A DNA stretch of 46,035 bases from Actinomycetota bacterium (GTDB taxonomy: Bacteria > Actinomycetota > Actinomycetes > S36-B12): the NCBI GenBank assembly GCA_009699465.1, contig WLOE01000003.1, positions 1-46,035 of the forward strand, given 5' to 3'. The notes under the pieces were generated by a model that made no database searches, was not told where the DNA came from, and saw only the letters and a program-made list of their open reading frames with translations. The translations under genes and the position numbers were made by a program. Below, one piece after another: positions 43,374-46,035 of this stretch; the stretch's first letter is position 1, and each line of letters begins with the position of its first letter.

Positions 43374-45068
43374 TTAGTCGTCTTCACCCGGAAGTCCACC
43401 CGTACCTGGGGTGGTCTTCATAATCTGGCTCATAAACTCAAAGTTCGTCTTATTTTCACGAAGTTTGGAAAGCAGGAGCTCAATTGACTGCTGCTGATCA
43501 AGCGCATGGAGCACCCGACGCAATTTCCAGACGACCTTGAGCTCATCAGGAGCCATCAGGAGTTCTTCCTTGCGGGTACCTGAAGCATCTACGTCAACCG
43601 CTGGGAAGACGCGCTTATCCGCCAAGCGGCGATCCAACTTGAGTTCCATGTTGCCAGTGCCCTTGAACTCTTCGAAGATCACTTCGTCCATTCGGGAACC
43701 AGTCTCCACAAGCGCGGTGGCCAAAATCGTGAGCGACCCACCATTTTCCACGTTACGAGCGGCACCGAAGAACTTCTTTGGTGGATACAGAGCAGTTGAA
43801 TCCACACCACCAGACATGATGCGTCCAGATGCGGGAGCCGAGAGGTTGTACGCGCGACCAAGACGAGTCATCGAGTCGAGCAAGACCACGACATCATGCC
43901 CGAGTTCAACCAAACGCTTAGCCCGCTCAATGGCTAATTCGGCAATGATCGTGTGATCCTCAGCTGGACGGTCGAAGGTTGAAGCAATCACTTCACCCTT
44001 GATCGAACGCTGCATATCGGTGACTTCTTCTGGTCGCTCATCAACGAGAACAACCATCAAATGCACTTCTGGGTTGTTTTCAGTGATCGAATTAGCGATC
44101 GACTGCAACACCATGGTCTTACCAGCCTTTGGTGGCGAAACGATCAATCCACGCTGACCCTTGCCAATAGGTGCAACCAAGTCGATCACACGAGCGGTGA
44201 GGTTTGATGACTCGGTTTCAAGACGCAAACGCTCTTGCGGATACAACGGCGTGAGCTTTGAGAACTCAGGGCGATTACGTGAGGCCTCAAGTTCACCGCC
44301 ATTGACTGTGTCAATGCGAACAAGTGGATTGAACTTCTCTCGGCGTTCACCATCACGTGGCTGCTTTGTTGCACCAGTGATCGCATCACCCTTGCGAAGT
44401 CCGTGCTTGCGAACCATTGATAGGGATACGTAGAGATCGTTTGGACCAGGCAAGTAGCCACTGGTACGAACAAAGGCGTAATTCTCCAGCACATCAAGAA
44501 TGCCTGCTACTGGAACGAGTACGTCGTCTTCATGAATTTCGATATCGGCTTCGCTGTACCCACCATTGTTGCGATTGCGATCATTACCACGAGGACGCTC
44601 ACGGAAACGGTCATTGCGATTTCGGTTGCGATCGTTACCGCGATCATTGCGATTTCGGTTGCGATCGTTACCGCGATCATTGCGATCACCGGAATCACGA
44701 TCATTGCCCCGATCGTTGTTGTCTTCACGAGGTGCACGCTCAGCACGATCCTGCTGCGGGCGACGATCGCGGTTGCGCTCTTCGCGAGGAGCACGATCTT
44801 CACGAGGCTCACGTGGTTCGCGTTCGTCGCGAGATGCACGCTCCTGGCGGGGAGCGCGTTCTTCACCAGAGGCAGACTTCTCATCAGCAGCGGCACGCGG
44901 AGCGCGAACTGGACTTTGATGAGCAGAGATTGCGGCGACAAGGTCACCCTTGCGCATTGCGTTGGCACCTGAGATGCCCATTTTGTTGGCCATAGCTTTG
45001 AGCTCAGGCAACAACATTGAGGAGAGGCTTTCACCACGTGGTTTACGGGCGGCCGTTGATTCAGTCAC
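43374..45068 (-). CDS. rho: Transcription termination factor Rho with an R/D/N-rich N-terminal insertion
   Basis: YAFVR RNP motif, LTPLYP, PIGKGQR, PPKAGKT, DERPEEVT, EEFKGTGN; GTG start with AAAGGA RBS. Confidence 0.98.
   Translation of the reverse strand: MTESTAARKPRGESLSSMLLPELKAMANKMGISGANAMRKGDLVAAISAHQSPVRAPRAAADEKSASGEERAPRQERASRDEREPREPREDRAPREERNRDRRPQQDRAERAPREDNNDRGNDRDSGDRNDRGNDRNRNRNDRGNDRNRNRNDRFRERPRGNDRNRNNGGYSEADIEIHEDDVLVPVAGILDVLENYAFVRTSGYLPGPNDLYVSLSMVRKHGLRKGDAITGATKQPRDGERREKFNPLVRIDTVNGGELEASRNRPEFSKLTPLYPQERLRLETESSNLTARVIDLVAPIGKGQRGLIVSPPKAGKTMVLQSIANSITENNPEVHLMVVLVDERPEEVTDMQRSIKGEVIASTFDRPAEDHTIIAELAIERAKRLVELGHDVVVLLDSMTRLGRAYNLSAPASGRIMSGGVDSTALYPPKKFFGAARNVENGGSLTILATALVETGSRMDEVIFEEFKGTGNMELKLDRRLADKRVFPAVDVDASGTRKEELLMAPDELKVVWKLRRVLHALDQQQSIELLLSKLRENKTNFEFMSQIMKTTPGTGGLPGEDD
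44611..44686. repeat. 33-bp perfect tandem repeat (about 2.3 copies) inside rho
   Basis: Unit TCATTGCGATTTCGGTTGCGATCGTTACCGCGA at 44611 and 44644, partial copy at 44677; encodes NDRGNDRNRNR on the minus strand. Confidence 0.92.
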
Positions 45069-45202
45069 AAATTTCCTTTGATTCGGATGATTCTCCAGAT
45101 TGAAACCGACCAGTGATTTGAACGGATTCAGAAGTGATGTGCAGCGGAACTGAAGTTGAGGAAGAACGGCAGCTATTTTCCCGCGACGCTGGAGATGACA
45201 GA

Positions 45203-45211
45203 ACTATATCA
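45203..45211 (-). promoter_or_regulatory. Extended -10 promoter of rho
   Basis: Minus strand TGA-TATAGT, implying a leader of roughly 130 nt before the rho GTG. Confidence 0.6.
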
Positions 45212-45221
45212 CGAGGGTGGT

Positions 45222-46035
45222 TTAGGGGGTCATAACTGGGGAATTATGTACACCAAGGCGCGCCACGGTGCGCTCGCTTACTTGCCATTGATCCCCTGCT
45301 GCTGCTCTGACCATTTCACTATCGCCTGCTGCTCCAAAAACTAATACTGTTGGACCAGCACCTGAAATCACAGCTGGCAAACCTTCAGCACGCAAAGCAT
45401 CCATCAATGCCATGGAATCCGGATACACCGAGCGACGTGACTCCTGATGAAGTCGATCTTGGGTTCCGATAAAGAGTAATGAAGGGTCATGCGTAAGTGC
45501 ATGAACCAACAGTGCGGCACGTGAAATATTGAATGAAGCATCCGCCCGAGAAACCGTTGACGCCAAAGCATTTCTGGCATGCAACGTCGGCACTTTGAAA
45601 GCCGGAACAGCAGTGATAGGAATAACAGAACCATGCACTTCATGACGCACGCACTGCGCACTATCGCCCTCAAGCCAGGCATTCGTGAACCCGCCGTACA
45701 GCGCTGCTGCGAGATTGTCAGGATGTGATTCAAGCGCAAGAGCAACCTGTAAGAGCACTTCATCTGGCATGAGCTCAGTGCCTTCAACCACCATTGCGCG
45801 CGCAAGCGCAAGTCCACCAATGATTGCAGCGGCCGATGAACCCATACCTCGCCCGTGCGGAATGACATTCGTGCAGCGAAGAACGAGCCCCTCGGGGCGC
45901 ACATCCATGGCCTGGAATCCCAAAGCCATTGACTGCACTACCAAGTTGCTGGCGTCGCGTGGCACATCAGTAACCCCTTCGCCTTCAACTTCAACTAGGA
46001 CACCTTCATCTTGCGAGGCAACGCCGGAAAGGATG
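45222..46035 (-). CDS. thrB: Homoserine kinase (N-terminus beyond the window end)
   Basis: GHMP motif IPHGRGMGSSAAA, ESHPDN, DRLHQ, ISGAGPT; frame stays open upstream of 45965 (…DEGVLVEVEGEG…) to the window edge. Confidence 0.95.
   Translation of the reverse strand, partial: ILSGVASQDEGVLVEVEGEGVTDVPRDASNLVVQSMALGFQAMDVRPEGLVLRCTNVIPHGRGMGSSAAAIIGGLALARAMVVEGTELMPDEVLLQVALALESHPDNLAAALYGGFTNAWLEGDSAQCVRHEVHGSVIPITAVPAFKVPTLHARNALASTVSRADASFNISRAALLVHALTHDPSLLFIGTQDRLHQESRRSVYPDSMALMDALRAEGLPAVISGAGPTVLVFGAAGDSEMVRAAAGDQWQVSERTVARLGVHNSPVMTP

Noticed and set aside
44611-44686. 33-bp repeats as a CRISPR array
   Set aside because: Copies are directly adjacent with no spacers, are in frame within rho, and no cas genes are present.
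44417-45037. Repetitive alternative-frame ORFs (Cys/His-rich 192 aa, IAIIA-rich, RS-rich) over the rho insertion
   Set aside because: They are other frames of the rho low-complexity repeat, with no independent start signals.

Overview
Dense, almost entirely housekeeping segment of an actinobacterial chromosome. The short intergenic spacers and many overlapping stop/start codons suggest a compact genome; a finer taxonomic call cannot be made from this window. Left to right: 3' end of a LuxR-type regulator; a minus-strand run iscS-mnmA-MetE-like-ligA-gatCAB preceded by an enoyl-CoA hydratase; a glycogen/alpha-glucan cluster (glgX, glgP, glgE, glgB); a thioredoxin-TPR protein; an accessory SsuABC/NitT-type ABC importer with a divergent Rrf2 regulator; methylmalonyl-CoA epimerase; a small membrane protein and an OatA-like O-acetyltransferase; nucS with a Cys/His-rich small protein and an alpha/beta hydrolase; murA divergent from a PduO-type cobalamin adenosyltransferase; the full atp operon; then wecA, glyA, tsaC-like, prmC, prfA, rpmE (with a putative L31 leader RNA), rho and a truncated thrB. 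I saw no mobile element, CRISPR array, tRNA or rRNA, and no clearly new multi-gene system. The best candidates for undescribed biology are: (1) a probable sulfur-scavenging module made of a binding protein with no Cys or internal Met, a Cys-less Rrf2 regulator, and two matching operator-like sites in a split operon; (2) a TsaC homologue lacking two of its four conserved KxR/SxN residues; (3) a perfect Shine-Dalgarno followed by AUG-UGA and a short uORF ahead of glgE; (4) pervasive leaderless-promoter signatures, including a 28-bp bidirectional one. All calls are from motif recognition only; no searches were run.
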